From assembly GCA_046262075.1 (NCBI GenBank), contig JBHENL010000060.1, forward strand, positions 1-39,834: a stretch of 39,834 bases of DNA, read 5' to 3'. The notes under the pieces were generated by a model, which was not told the origin of the DNA, made no database searches, and saw nothing but the letters and a program-made list of their open reading frames with translations. A program made the position numbers and the translations under genes. This stretch comes from Gemmatimonadota bacterium. Its GTDB lineage: Bacteria > Gemmatimonadota > Gemmatimonadetes > JACCXV01. Positions 9,064-22,258 of the stretch are shown piece after piece (positions within the stretch are counted from its first letter, which is position 1; every line of letters begins with the position of its first letter).

Positions 9064-9900
9064 ATGCCCCTCCGTCCGACCTGGCTCTCGATTCCGATGG
9101 TCGCGGTCGCCGCCCTCCTCCTCCCGCTGCCGCTCGCGGCCCAGACGCTCCGCTACGGCGGCGACGAGGGAGACAGCTCGCGCTACCGGCTCTCGAACTC
9201 CGCCCGCATCCGGCAGGAGTTCCAGGGGACGGCGACGGACCTCACCGTGACCTCCTTCAGCCTGCTGGACCTGGTGCTGCAGCGGGCGACCGAGGACACC
9301 CTCACCTACGGCGTCACGCTGGATTCGCTGAGCCTGAGCTTCGAGGGCGCGGACGTGCCGCCGCCCGATCTGCGTCCGGTCACCGACCGCCGCATGACGC
9401 TGAAAGTCTCGCCACGCGGCCAGGTGTACGCGTTCGACCTTCCCCCCGACATGCCGCAGGCGCCGCCGGGGATCGACCTGAAGCAGATGGTGAGCCATTT
9501 CTTCCCGCGTCTTCCAGAGGGGCGCGCCCCGGCCGGCACGCAATGGACGGACCCGCTCACCCTCCCGGTATCGCAGCAGGGGATCCAGTCCGACGTGCGG
9601 GTCGTGACGACCTATACGTCCCGCGGCGAAGCGCGCACGCCCGAGGGGGAGTTCGTGGCCGTGGATTACGGCACCGAGACCACGCTGCACGGCGAGGGCG
9701 AGCAGCAGGGCGCGCCGCTCGTGCTGGACGGCACCGGGCGCGGCACGGGAACGATCCTCTTCGCGGAGGACGGCGAGCGATTCTGGAGCTCCAAGGGCAC
9801 GCAGACGCTGGACCTTCAGGTCGAGATCTCGCCCGCCGGCCAGGCGCCCGTGCGCATTCCCGTGAAGCAGGAGGTCACCGCGGAGATCCAGCACCTCTGA
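9064..9900 (+). CDS. Secreted hypothetical protein (beta-rich, signal peptide)
   Basis: ATG 9064 gives MPLRPTWLSIPMVAVAALLLPLPLAAQ, a Sec signal peptide. GC3 is high. The track ORF start at 8839 overlaps the upstream gene, and the antisense ORF 8998..9894 is Arg-rich and spurious. No recognised family. Confidence 0.65.
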   Translation: MPLRPTWLSIPMVAVAALLLPLPLAAQTLRYGGDEGDSSRYRLSNSARIRQEFQGTATDLTVTSFSLLDLVLQRATEDTLTYGVTLDSLSLSFEGADVPPPDLRPVTDRRMTLKVSPRGQVYAFDLPPDMPQAPPGIDLKQMVSHFFPRLPEGRAPAGTQWTDPLTLPVSQQGIQSDVRVVTTYTSRGEARTPEGEFVAVDYGTETTLHGEGEQQGAPLVLDGTGRGTGTILFAEDGERFWSSKGTQTLDLQVEISPAGQAPVRIPVKQEVTAEIQHL

Positions 9901-11732
9901 GCGCGCCCGTCGGGCCCCTGGCGACGGCCTACCGTACGCACGCGCTGGGGGAGATCGGCGAGGCGATCACCGGCGCCGAGGTGCGAGTCGCGGGTTGGGT
10001 GGACCGCCACCGCGACCACGGCGGCATCCTCTTCGTCGACCTGCGCGACAGGCACGGGCTCGTGCAGGTCGTGGTGGACCCCTCCGACGTAGGCCCCGAC
10101 GCCCTAGCGGCTGCGCAGCGGCTGCGCGCGGAGGACGTAGCCGCGGTCCGCGCGGTCGTGCGCCGACGTCCAGCGGCGATGGTGAATCCGCAGCTCGCGA
10201 GCGGTGCCGTCGAGTTGCGCGCCCTGGACGTAGAGCTCCTTTCCGCGGCCGACACGCCCCCCTTTCCCGTCTCCGCAGCCGCGGGCGAGGGAGAGGTCGC
10301 CGAGGAGCTGCGGCTCTCGCATCGGTATCTCGAGCTCCGGCGCCCGGGGCTGCAGCGCAACGTCCTCCTGCGCCACGCGGCGCTGCAAGCCACGCGAGCG
10401 TACCTCTCGGCCGCGGGGTTCGTCGAGGTCGAGACCCCGATCCTCACGAAGCCCACGCCCGAGGGTGCGCGCGACTACCTGGTGCCCTCGCGCGTCCATC
10501 CCGGCGCCTTCTACGCCCTGCCGCAGTCGCCGCAGCTCTACAAGCAGATCCTGATGGTGGCGGGCTTCGATCGCTATTTCCAGATCGCCCGCTGCTTCCG
10601 CGACGAGGACCTCCGCGCCGATCGCCAGCCCGAGTTCACGCAGATCGATCTCGAGATGTCGTTCGTGGAGGAACGTGACGTCTGGAAGCTGACGGAGGGC
10701 CTCTACGCCGAGATCTGGGAGCGCGTGCTGGGTGTGCGGATCGACCGTCCCTTTCCGGTGCTCACCTACGCGGAGGCGATGGCGCGCTTCGGCACCGACA
10801 AGCCGGACCTGCGCTTCGGCCTCGAGCTGGTGGACGTCTCGAGGGCCTTCGTCGGGAGCGGCTTTCGAGTGGTAGGTCGCGCGCTGGAGCGGCCGGACGG
10901 TCGCGGCGCGGTCGAGGCGCTGCGGGTGCCCGGCGGCGCGGCCACGAGCCGACGCGAGCTGGACGAGCTGGGAGAGGAGGCGAGGAAGGGTGGAGCCGGA
11001 GGGCTGCTCTGGGCGCGTCCCGGCGACCCGCCCGCCTCATCGGGAGGGAAGAACCTGGAGCCCGAGCGGCTGCGTGCGGCGTTCGCCGCCCTAGGCGCGG
11101 AGGCCGGCGACCTCGTGCTCCTCGTGGCCGACGAGCGGCGGACCGCGCAGCGGAGCCTGGGGCGCGTGCGCACCGCGCTGGGCGAGCGGTTGGGGCTCGC
11201 GGACCCGCACGAGCTGCGTTTCCTCTGGGTCTCGGAGTTCCCGCTGTTCGAGCCGGTGGTGGAAGGCGGCGGGCCGTTCGGGGTCGCGCCGAGCCATCAC
11301 CCGTTCACGGCGCCGCACCCCGAGGACGAGGAGCGGCTCGTCCGCGGCGAGGGCCTGCTCGACCTCCGGGCGCGAGCCTACGACGCCGTGCTCAACGGCG
11401 TCGAGCTGGCCAGCGGCTCGATCCGGATCCACCGCCCCGACCTGCAGCGCCGCGTCTTCGAAGTGCTCGGGATCGCGGAAGAGGAAGCACGGCGCAAGTT
11501 CGGCTTCCTGCTCGAAGCGATGCGCTACGGGGCGCCGCCGCACGGCGGCATCGCGCCCGGCTTCGACCGCATCGTGATGCTGCTCGCCGGAACCGACTCG
11601 ATCCGCGAGGTGATCGCCTTTCCCAAGACGACGCAGGCGAACGCGCTCATGGAGGGAGCGCCCGCCGCGGTGTCCGCGCGCGAGCTGCGGGACCTGCACC
11701 TGGCGGTTGACGCTCCCCGGACGCCGTCCTAA
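9897..11732 (+). CDS. aspS: Aspartate--tRNA ligase
   Basis: YRTHALGEI...VAGWVDRHRDHGGILFVDLRDRHGLVQVV matches the AspRS N-terminal OB fold. Class II motifs follow: FYALPQSPQLYKQ, QIARCFRDEDLRADRQPEFTQID and, at the C-terminus, GGIAPGFDRIVMLL. No ATG/GTG/TTG lies near the conserved N-terminus, so the start is provisionally CTG 9897 (see findings). Confidence 0.92.
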   Translation: MSAPVGPLATAYRTHALGEIGEAITGAEVRVAGWVDRHRDHGGILFVDLRDRHGLVQVVVDPSDVGPDALAAAQRLRAEDVAAVRAVVRRRPAAMVNPQLASGAVELRALDVELLSAADTPPFPVSAAAGEGEVAEELRLSHRYLELRRPGLQRNVLLRHAALQATRAYLSAAGFVEVETPILTKPTPEGARDYLVPSRVHPGAFYALPQSPQLYKQILMVAGFDRYFQIARCFRDEDLRADRQPEFTQIDLEMSFVEERDVWKLTEGLYAEIWERVLGVRIDRPFPVLTYAEAMARFGTDKPDLRFGLELVDVSRAFVGSGFRVVGRALERPDGRGAVEALRVPGGAATSRRELDELGEEARKGGAGGLLWARPGDPPASSGGKNLEPERLRAAFAALGAEAGDLVLLVADERRTAQRSLGRVRTALGERLGLADPHELRFLWVSEFPLFEPVVEGGGPFGVAPSHHPFTAPHPEDEERLVRGEGLLDLRARAYDAVLNGVELASGSIRIHRPDLQRRVFEVLGIAEEEARRKFGFLLEAMRYGAPPHGGIAPGFDRIVMLLAGTDSIREVIAFPKTTQANALMEGAPAAVSARELRDLHLAVDAPRTPS

Positions 11733-11772
11733 CGTGCATCCTCACCGGAGCTTCCCGGAGTCCCGCCGCCGC

Positions 11773-12765
11773 ATGCCCATCGCCTCCGCCTCCGCTACGC
11801 GCAGGCTGCCTCTCGAAGGCGTCGACCAGCTCCTCCTGTTCGGTACGAACGACCGCAACCTCAAGCGCGTCGAGGCGCTGACGGGGACGAGCGTCTTCGC
11901 CCGCCGCGACACGCTCACCGTCCAGGGGTCGGGGGAGGCGGTCGAGGCGGCCGCGCGGCTGCTCGTGCACATGATGGACCTCGTGCAGACGGGCGAGGCG
12001 CTGGAGGAGGCCGACCTCGAGCGCTATCACCGCGACCTGGACCACGGCCCCGGATTGAGCGAGCGGCTCGAGGAGAGCCGCATCGAGTTGCGCGGGGTCC
12101 AGAAGATCATCAAGCCCAAGACGCTGGGGCAGACGCGCTACCTGCGCGCCGTGGCGGAGCACGAGATCGTGGTGGGGATCGGGCCGGCGGGGACGGGGAA
12201 GACCTACCTGGCGGTCGCGGCCGCCGTGGACGCGCTCACGAAGCGCGCCGTCAAGCGCATCGTGCTCGCCCGGCCGGCGGTCGAGGTGGGCGAGAGCCTC
12301 GGCTTCCTGCCGGGCGACCTGCAGGAGAAGGTGGACCCCTATCTCCGACCGCTCTACGACGCTCTCGACGACATGCTCCCGCCCGAGCGCGTGCAGAAGC
12401 TCCTCGAGCTGCGCACGATCGAAGTCGCGCCGCTGGCCTACATGCGCGGCCGCACGCTCGCCGACGCCTTCGTGATCCTCGACGAGGCGCAGAACGCGAC
12501 GATCCTGCAGATGAAGATGTTCCTCACCCGCTTGGGCCTGAACTCGCGCACGGTGATCACGGGCGACAAGACCCAGATCGACTTGCCCTCGAACCAGGAA
12601 TCGGGTCTGCTCCACATCGAGCGTATCCTGCAGGGCATCGACGGCATCGCGTTCGTGTACCTGCACGAGCAGGACGTCGTGCGCCACCCGCTCGTGCAGG
12701 AGATCATCCGCGCCTACAGCGCGGCCACCGAGGAGCCCGCGCAGCGCGCCGGACGCCGCCGGTGA
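11773..12765 (+). CDS. phoH: PhoH family ATPase (PhoH/YbeZ)
   Basis: Walker A GPAGTGKTYLAVAAAV, Walker B FVILDEAQN and ITGDKTQIDLP. The N-terminus is KH-like. ATG 11773 is preferred over the TTG 11707 track start, which overlaps aspS. Confidence 0.92.
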   Translation: MPIASASATRRLPLEGVDQLLLFGTNDRNLKRVEALTGTSVFARRDTLTVQGSGEAVEAAARLLVHMMDLVQTGEALEEADLERYHRDLDHGPGLSERLEESRIELRGVQKIIKPKTLGQTRYLRAVAEHEIVVGIGPAGTGKTYLAVAAAVDALTKRAVKRIVLARPAVEVGESLGFLPGDLQEKVDPYLRPLYDALDDMLPPERVQKLLELRTIEVAPLAYMRGRTLADAFVILDEAQNATILQMKMFLTRLGLNSRTVITGDKTQIDLPSNQESGLLHIERILQGIDGIAFVYLHEQDVVRHPLVQEIIRAYSAATEEPAQRAGRRR

Positions 12766-12775
12766 GCGGGGTCCG

Positions 12776-15076
12776 GTGAAGGGCGTCTTCGAGCGGCGTC
12801 CGGAGTCCGGCGGCGGCCCCGCCGTCCGCCCGCGGCTCCCATGGCCCGAGCTCTGGCCGCGGCTGGCGATCTTCGCCGGCCTGGCGGTCCTCACGCTGGT
12901 GCTCTTCCCGGCCCGTTCCGTCGGCCCGCTCCCCCAGCTGCAGGCGGGGATGATCGCCCCCGAGGACGTGATCGCCCCCTTCGACTTCCAGGTGGCGAAG
13001 ACCGCGGTGGAGCTGGAGCGCGACCGCGCAACCGCGGCGATCACGGTGCCGCGCGTCTACCGCTTCGTGCCGGCCGACTCCGCCGGTCGCGCGATCGAGG
13101 AGTACCTCGAGAAGGTGGCGCGGATCGCCGCCGCCGTGCAGAGCGACACCGCGGGATCGCCGGCCCCGCCCGCCGGCTCGACGCTCACCTCCGAGATCGA
13201 CTCGTTCGGCGGCCAGCGGCTGGGCCTCGCGCGCGGTGAGGTCGCCGCGCTCCAGCAGCCGGCCTTCCGCGATTCGGTTCGCGCGCTGCTGGAGTCCGCC
13301 ACGCGCGCCGCGCACGAGGACGTGTGGCTGCTCACGCCGGACATGCTGGCGGAGATCCAGGGCACGCAGGTCACGGTCCTCCAGGACTCGGTGGAGGTCT
13401 CGGTCCTGCGGCGCGACCTGCGGCTGCCCGAGGCCGCGATCGAGGGCGCCGCCTTCCGCGAGGCGCTGGCGGACGCGTCCCCCCAGGCGCGGGCGGTGGT
13501 CGGCAAGCTCGCCGAGGTGCTGCTCCCGTCGAATCTGGCGTTCCTGCCCCTGGAGACCGAAGCGCGTCGCACGCTGGCACGCGCGGAGGTGGCCGAGGTG
13601 AAGGGCGAGGTGCTCTCCGGGGAGCTGATCGTGGGGGCGCACATGCGCGTCACCCCCGACCAGGAGGAGAAGCTCCGCAGCCTGGCGCAGGAGCTCGACC
13701 GCCGGCGGGAGACGGTGACGGCCGAGGAGGTGAAGCCGCTGCTCGGCCACTTCCTCTTCAGCGCGATCGTGCTCAGCCTGCTGCTGCTGTACCTCTACCT
13801 CTACCGGCCGGACATCTTCGATTCGCTGGCGAGCTTCCTGCTCGTCTCGCTCGGCCTGGGGATGCTGCTGGGCTTCTCCAGCCTCGTCTATCACCTCGAG
13901 GCGCTGCCGATCTTCCTCGTCCCGGCCGCGTTCCTCACGATCCTGCTCGCGATCCTGTTCGACGGCCGATTCGCCCTCGTGGTGAGCGTGATCTTCGCCG
14001 TGCTGCTCTTCGGGCAGGGCGACTACGGCCCCGACGGTCTGTTCCTCGTGCTGATGGGGGGCGTGGGCGGGGCGCTCTCCGTCCGGGTGCTGCGCCAGCG
14101 CCACCAGTTCTATGAGACGATGCTCGTGGTGGGCGTCGCGAACCTCCTCGCCGTGGCCACGCTCTCCCTGATGTACCTCTGGCCGCTGGACGCCACGTTC
14201 GCGGCGCTGGGCTGGGGCGCCCTGAACGCGGTGGTCTCCGGCCTCCTCGCGATGGGCCTCCTGCCGCTCTTCGAGACGGTCTTCCACCGGACGACCGACA
14301 TCACGCTGCTCGAGCTCTCCGACCTGAACCGGCCGCTGCTGAAGAAGATGTCGATCGAAGCCCCGGGGACGTACCACCACAGCATCATGGTGGGCAACCT
14401 GGCGGAGGCGGCGGCCGAGGGGATCGGCGCGAACTCGCTCCTGGCGCGCGTGGGCTGCTACTACCACGACATCGGCAAGCTGCGGAAGCCGGCCTACTTC
14501 GCCGAGAACCAGCGCCGGGGGATGAACCCCCACGACCGGCTGAAGCCGCGCATGAGCGCGCTCATCATCATCAATCACGTGAAGGAGGGGATCGAGATGG
14601 CGCGGGAGGCCCGCCTCCCCGAGAGCGTGGTGGACTTCATCCGCGAGCACCACGGCACGACGACGATCTCGTTCTTCGTGGACAAGGCGCGCAAGCTCGA
14701 CCCATCGGCCGAGATCAACCTGGCCGACTACTCCTATCCGGGCCCGAAGCCGCGCAGCAAGGAGACGGCGATCGCCATGCTGGCCGACAACGTCGAGGCG
14801 ATCTCGCGCGTCCTCGTGGACCCCACGCCGAGCCGGGTGCGCAACCTCGTCGACCGGCTGGTTAAGCGGAAGATCGAGGAGCGCCAGCTCGACGACGCCA
14901 ACCTCACCTTCCGCGAGCTCACGATCATCCAGGACAAGTTCACGAACCTCCTGCTGGGCATCTTCCACACGCGGCCCGAGTACCCCACCTTCGCGGTGAA
15001 CGTCGAGACCGACGACGCGCCGGTCGAGTCGCATGCCGCCGACGGTTTCCCTCCACCTGCCGAGCAGGCTCCCTGA
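12776..15076 (+). CDS. 7TM-HD (HDIG) membrane phosphohydrolase, PgpH/YqfF-like
   Basis: 766 aa with an extracellular N-domain, a block of about 7 hydrophobic helices (13740-14290) and a C-terminal HD domain (GTYHHSIMVGNLAEAAA...GCYYHDIGK...HHG). It sits in the conserved phoH-ybeY position. Confidence 0.9.
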   Translation: MKGVFERRPESGGGPAVRPRLPWPELWPRLAIFAGLAVLTLVLFPARSVGPLPQLQAGMIAPEDVIAPFDFQVAKTAVELERDRATAAITVPRVYRFVPADSAGRAIEEYLEKVARIAAAVQSDTAGSPAPPAGSTLTSEIDSFGGQRLGLARGEVAALQQPAFRDSVRALLESATRAAHEDVWLLTPDMLAEIQGTQVTVLQDSVEVSVLRRDLRLPEAAIEGAAFREALADASPQARAVVGKLAEVLLPSNLAFLPLETEARRTLARAEVAEVKGEVLSGELIVGAHMRVTPDQEEKLRSLAQELDRRRETVTAEEVKPLLGHFLFSAIVLSLLLLYLYLYRPDIFDSLASFLLVSLGLGMLLGFSSLVYHLEALPIFLVPAAFLTILLAILFDGRFALVVSVIFAVLLFGQGDYGPDGLFLVLMGGVGGALSVRVLRQRHQFYETMLVVGVANLLAVATLSLMYLWPLDATFAALGWGALNAVVSGLLAMGLLPLFETVFHRTTDITLLELSDLNRPLLKKMSIEAPGTYHHSIMVGNLAEAAAEGIGANSLLARVGCYYHDIGKLRKPAYFAENQRRGMNPHDRLKPRMSALIIINHVKEGIEMAREARLPESVVDFIREHHGTTTISFFVDKARKLDPSAEINLADYSYPGPKPRSKETAIAMLADNVEAISRVLVDPTPSRVRNLVDRLVKRKIEERQLDDANLTFRELTIIQDKFTNLLLGIFHTRPEYPTFAVNVETDDAPVESHAADGFPPPAEQAP

Positions 15077-15478
15077 GGCCGGCGAGCTCCCTCCCGCGCG
15101 AGCCTTCGCGCGCGTCCTTGGGCGCGCCGGGGCCGCCACGGGGGAGATCGCGCTGGTCCTCGTCGACGCCGGGGAGATCCGGCGCCTGAACCGAGAGTTC
15201 CGCGGGAAGGACCGCGCGACGGACGTGCTGAGCTTCGACTACCGCGAGCCGGGGGATGGACGGGACGTGCGCGACGTCTGGGGGGACGTGTACGTCAGCG
15301 ACGAGGCGGCGCGTGACCAGGCCCACGAGCGCGGGATCCCCTTCCCAGAGGAGCTGGCGCGGCTGTTCCTTCACGGCGCGCTGCACCTGCTGGGGTTTCG
15401 CGACGACACGCCGCAGGAGCTCGAGCGCATGACCGGGGTCCAGGAGGAGCTGTTGGAGCAGCTGCTCGGGCCGTCCCG

Positions 15479-15482
<4 letters not shown>
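15033..15482 (+). CDS. ybeY: rRNA maturation endoribonuclease YbeY
   Basis: 149 aa with the zinc motif HGALHLLGFRDD (H-x3-H-x5-H type) and an ATDVLSF block. The start overlaps the upstream gene by 44 nt. Confidence 0.9.
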
Positions 15483-16743
<1,261 letters not shown>

Positions 16744-16747
<4 letters not shown>

Positions 16748-17814
16748 TCGCCGGGTGGCTCGGCGTCGCCGTGGCGCTCGCCGCGCTGGCTCTGTTCTCG
16801 GCCTACGAGGCGGCGCTCACCTCGCTCAGCCGCATCCGGCTGCGGCACTGGGTGGGCAAGCAGCTCGGCGGCTCGCCCGCCGAGGAGCTGCTGCTGCGGC
16901 CGCAGCGGCTGGTCACCATGGCCTTCGTGGGGACGAACCTGGCGAAGGTGGCGCTGGGAGTGCTGGCCGCGGAGCTGCTCCTGCGCCGGGCGCCCTTCGC
17001 CGTCGAGCGGCCGGCTCTGGCGGTGCTGGCAGCCGTGGCGCTCGTCGCCTTCCCGGCCGTGCTGCTGGGGGAGGTCCTGCCGCGCACGATCGTCCGCGAG
17101 AGCCCCGGGCGCGTGCTCCCCGCGCTGTTTCGCGCCGGGCCCTTCCTGGGGTGGCTGTTCTGGCCCTACACGGCGCTCACGAGCGCGGTCGCCTCCGGTC
17201 TGTTCGCCGTGCTGCGCGTGCCCCGCACCGGCGACGCGCGCTCCCACACCCGGGATTCAGTCGAAGCCCTCCTCCGTGAGGGTGAGCGCGAAGGGCTCGT
17301 GGAGCCGCACGAGCGGCAGATCATCAGGGACATCTTCTCGCTCGGCGAGACGCCGGTGCGGCGGGTGATGACGCCGCGCACGCGCATGGTCGCCGTGCGC
17401 CTGGGCACCCCGCGGGCGGAGCTCGCGCGCCGCATCTGGGAGACGGGCTTCTCGCGCTTCCCGGTGGTGGACGGGGCACCCGACAACGTCGTGGGGCTGG
17501 TCCACGCCGTGGACGTGCTGAAGGCCCGCGACGGAGAGCGCCTGCGCCTGCGCCCGACGCTGTTCGTGCCCGAGACCACGACCTGCTCCGATCTGCTCTA
17601 CGCGATGCGGCGGCAGCGGATCCAGCTCGCCGTGGCGGTCGACGAGTACGGGGGCGTCGCGGGGATCGTCACGATGGAGGATCTGGTGGAGGAGCTGGTG
17701 GGCGAGATCCTCGACGAGCACGACGTGGACGAAGGGACGCCCGCGGGGCCGGGCGGAAGCGGGGTGGCCGCCGCGCGCCTCCGCGGGGCGTCCGAGGAGG
17801 ACGGACGTGGTTGA
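16744..17814 (+). CDS. CNNM-family paralog (DUF21 + CBS pair, no CorC_HlyC domain)
   Basis: GTG 16744 (GTGA overlap with the upstream stop) gives VIAGWLGVAVALAALALFSAYEAALTS... (DUF21), then VRRVMTPRTRMV...QLAVAVDEYGGVAGIVTMEDLVEELVGEILDEHD (CBS pair). The protein ends about 30 aa later. The 5' part of track ORF 15643..17814 is an alternate-frame artefact. Confidence 0.8.
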
Positions 17815-19150
17815 GCCGTCGCTCGAGGAGGTCCGCTCCGCGCTGGAGCAAGGGGGCGAGGCGGGCCTGAGCGAGATGGTGCGCCGGGTGCACCCCGCCG
17901 ACTTGGCGGACCTGCTCGAACGGCTGGACGAGGAGGAGCGGGTGCGCGTCTTCCGGCTCCTGCCGCCCGAGCTCGCCTCCGAGACCCTCGCCGAGCTGGA
18001 GCGTGAGGACCGCGGTGAGCTGCTCGAGGGGGTCGACCCCGGGCGGGTGCAGGCGATCTTCGGCCGGCTCGAGGCCGACGACGCCGCGGACATCCTGGCG
18101 GAGCTGGGCCGGGCCGAGGCGGAGCAGATCCTCGACGCGATGGCGCCCGAGGACTCGCGCGAGATCGCCGCGCTCCTGGCGTACGACGAGGAGAGCGCCG
18201 GCGGTGTCATGACGCCCCAGGTCGTTGCGGTCAGCGAGACCGCCTCGGCCGCGGAGGCGATCGACCGGATTCGCGAGCAGGCGGGCGAGGTCGAGGAGAT
18301 CCAGGGCGTGTTCGTGGTCGACGAGGAACGTCGGTTGACGGGCTCGCTCCCGCTCCAGCGGCTGATCACGGCACCCAAGCACCAGCCCGTGGCGGAGATC
18401 CTGCAGAGGGACGTGCTCTCCGTACGGCCCGACGCGGACCAGGAGGAGGTCGCGCGGCTGATCGCTCGCTACAATCTGATCGTACTGCCGGTGACCGACG
18501 CCTTTGGGCACCTCCTGGGGCAGATCACCGTGGACGACGTGATCGACATCCTCGAGGCGGAGGCCACGGAGGACCTGTTCAAGATCGGCGGCGTCGACCA
18601 GGCCGAGGAGGTCTACGCCACGGCCATCGAGATCGTCCGCTCGCGGTTGCCCTGGCTGCTCGTGACGCTGCTCACCTCGTTCCTCGGCGCGGCGGTCGTC
18701 GCGGTCTTCCAGCCGACGATCCAGCGGCTTTCGGTGATCGCCGTGTTCATGCCGGTGGTCGCGGCCATGGCCGGCAACAGCGCGATCCAGTCCGTGACGG
18801 TCACCGTGCGCCGGCTGGCGCTGCACGGTACGGAGGGCATCTCCACCTGGCGCTACGTCCGGCGCGAGATCTCGGCCGGCGTGCTGATCGGCCTGGTGAT
18901 CGCCAGCGTGCTAGGCGCGGTGGCTGCTCTCTGGCAGAGCAATCCGAGTCTGGGCATCGTGGTCTTCGGCGCGATGTGGCTCTCGATCTCGGTCGGAGCC
19001 CTGTGGGGGGCGCTCTTCCCGATCCTGCTGGCCCGCGGCGGCGTGGACCCCGCGGTCGCCTCGTCCGTCTTCCTCACCACCCTCACCGACATGCTCAGCT
19101 TCCTGCTCATCCTCGGTCTGTCGACGGCCGTGCTGGGGGCCCTCCTGTGA
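17807..19150 (+). CDS. mgtE: Magnesium transporter MgtE
   Basis: 447 aa with an MgtE N-domain (HPADLADLLERLDEEERVRVFRLLP), a CBS pair and a C-terminal 5-TM MgtE channel domain (PVVAAMAGNSAIQSVTV...FLTTLTDMLSF). Confidence 0.93.
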   Translation: MVEPSLEEVRSALEQGGEAGLSEMVRRVHPADLADLLERLDEEERVRVFRLLPPELASETLAELEREDRGELLEGVDPGRVQAIFGRLEADDAADILAELGRAEAEQILDAMAPEDSREIAALLAYDEESAGGVMTPQVVAVSETASAAEAIDRIREQAGEVEEIQGVFVVDEERRLTGSLPLQRLITAPKHQPVAEILQRDVLSVRPDADQEEVARLIARYNLIVLPVTDAFGHLLGQITVDDVIDILEAEATEDLFKIGGVDQAEEVYATAIEIVRSRLPWLLVTLLTSFLGAAVVAVFQPTIQRLSVIAVFMPVVAAMAGNSAIQSVTVTVRRLALHGTEGISTWRYVRREISAGVLIGLVIASVLGAVAALWQSNPSLGIVVFGAMWLSISVGALWGALFPILLARGGVDPAVASSVFLTTLTDMLSFLLILGLSTAVLGALL

Positions 19151-21127
19151 GCGGCGCCTCGGCCACGCCCGCGGCGCACGCCTACCCCCGGCCGCAACTG
19201 CGCCGCGCAGCCTGGATCTCGCTCGACGGCGAATGGGAGTTCGCGCTCGACCGCGAGGCGCGCTGGACGCGTCCCGGCCAGGTGGCGTGGGAACACGCGA
19301 TACGGGTGCCGTTCGCGCCCGAGGCGCCGGCCAGCGGCGTGGCCGCCTCGGGCTTCTTCCGCGCCTGCTGGTACCGGCGGACGTTCGAGGCGCCGGTGCT
19401 GCGCGAAGGGGAGCGGCTGGTCCTGCACTTCGGCGCGGTGGACTACGCGGCCACCGTCTGGGTCAACGGGGAGATCGCCGCGCGCCACGAGGGCGGCTAC
19501 ACGCCCTTTCGCTCCGACCTGACCGACCTGCTGGCGGCGGGCGGATCCCAGGAGGTCGTGGTACGCGCCGAGGACGATCCGCACGACCTGGCCAAGCCGC
19601 GCGGCAAGCAGGATTGGCTGCTCGAGCCGCACGCCATCTGGTATCCGCGCACGACCGGCATCTGGCAGACGGTCTGGCTGGAGACCACTCCGGCCACCTC
19701 CCTGGCCGCGCTGCGATGGGCATCGAACCTGGAGCGCTGGGAGATCGAGCTCGACGCGCTCGTGGAGGGGCGTTCGCGCGACGATCTGCGCCTGCGGGTG
19801 AAGCTGCACGTCGGTGACCTGGTGCTGGCGGACGACACCTATGCGGTGGTGGCCGGCGAGGTACGCCGCCGGATCGCGCTCTCGGATCCCGGCATCGACG
19901 ACTACCGCAACGAGCTGCTCTGGAGCCCCCCCTGTCCCACGCTGATCGAGGCCGAGGTCCAGCTGTGGGGGCGCCGTGGCGAGCTGGTGGACGACGTGCG
20001 GAGCTATACCGCGCTGCGCTCCATCGGCACCCAGGGCGACCGCTTCGTGCTGAACGGCCGCCCGTATTCGCTGCGCCTCGTGCTGGACCAGGGATACTGG
20101 CCGGAGACGGGGCTCACGCCGCCCGACGACGAGGCGCTCCGGCGCGACGTGGAACTGGCACGCGCGATGGGGTTCAACGGCGTGCGCAAGCACCAGAAGA
20201 TCGAGGATCCGCGCTACCTCTACTGGGCCGACACCCTCGGGTTGCTCGTCTGGCAGGAGATGCCCAGCGCCTACCGCTTCACGAGAGGCTCGGTGGCGCG
20301 ACTCACCCGCGAGTGGGCGGCGGCGATCGACCGGGATCAGAGCCACCCCTGCATCGTGGCCTGGGTGCCGTTCAACGAGTCGTGGGGCGTGCCCGACCTG
20401 CCGGCGATCGCCGCGCAGCGGCACTACGTGCAGGGCCTCTACCATCTCACGAAGACGCTGGACCCCGATCGCCCCGTGATCGGCAACGACGGGTGGGAGA
20501 GCGCGGCCACCGACATCGTCGGCATCCACGACTACGACGAAGACCCGCAGCGGCTCGCCCACCGCTACGAGAGCGACGACCGCATCGCCCGCCTCTTCAC
20601 GCGTGAGCGGCCGGCGGGGCGGCTGCTCACGCTCGAGGGGCACCCGCATTCGGGGCAGCCGATCATGTTGACCGAGTTCGGGGGCATCGCCTGCGCCGAG
20701 GAGCCGGAAGGGACGTGGGGGTACTCCCGCTGCGACAGCCCCGAGGAGCTCGAGCAGCGCTACGCCGACCTGCTGGCGGTCGTCCGCGGGCTGCCGCTCT
20801 TCGCGGGGTTCTGCTACACGCAGTTCGCCGACACCTACCAGGAACGCAACGGACTCCTGTTCGCCGATCGCACGCCGAAGGTCCCGCTGGAGCGGATCTC
20901 GCTGGCCACGCGGGGACCGCGCGGGCCCCGCGACGAGCAGATCCAGGCCGAGTGGCGCATTCGCATGATGCGCTTCCGCCGCGACCACTCGGTGCCCGAC
21001 GCCGACGCGATCGGCGGGCCGTCTGCCGATGCCGGCGCGCCGCTCCCGCGCGCCGACGGCGGCGCTCCGGTGGACTCCCACCCGGGGCGTGCGCGGTCTC
21101 GCCGCCGCGCCCAGCCGCGGCGGGCCG

Positions 21128-21135
<8 letters not shown>
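19147..21135 (+). CDS. Glycoside hydrolase family 2 protein (beta-galactosidase/glucuronidase-like)
   Basis: GTG 19147 (GTGA overlap with the mgtE stop). GH2 sugar-binding domain LDGEWEF...HFGAVDYAATVWVNGEIAARHEGGYTPFRSDLTD. TIM barrel MGFNGVRKHQK...LLVWQEMP...WVPFNESWG. The last ~60 aa are low complexity. Confidence 0.85.

Positions 21136-22254
<1,119 letters not shown>

Positions 22255-22258
<4 letters not shown>

Noticed and set aside
9543-9896. ATG 9543 as the aspS start
   Set aside because: It would overlap the upstream secreted-protein gene by about 355 nt and add a ~120-aa low-complexity extension not seen in AspRS. It is kept only as an alternative in the aspS finding.
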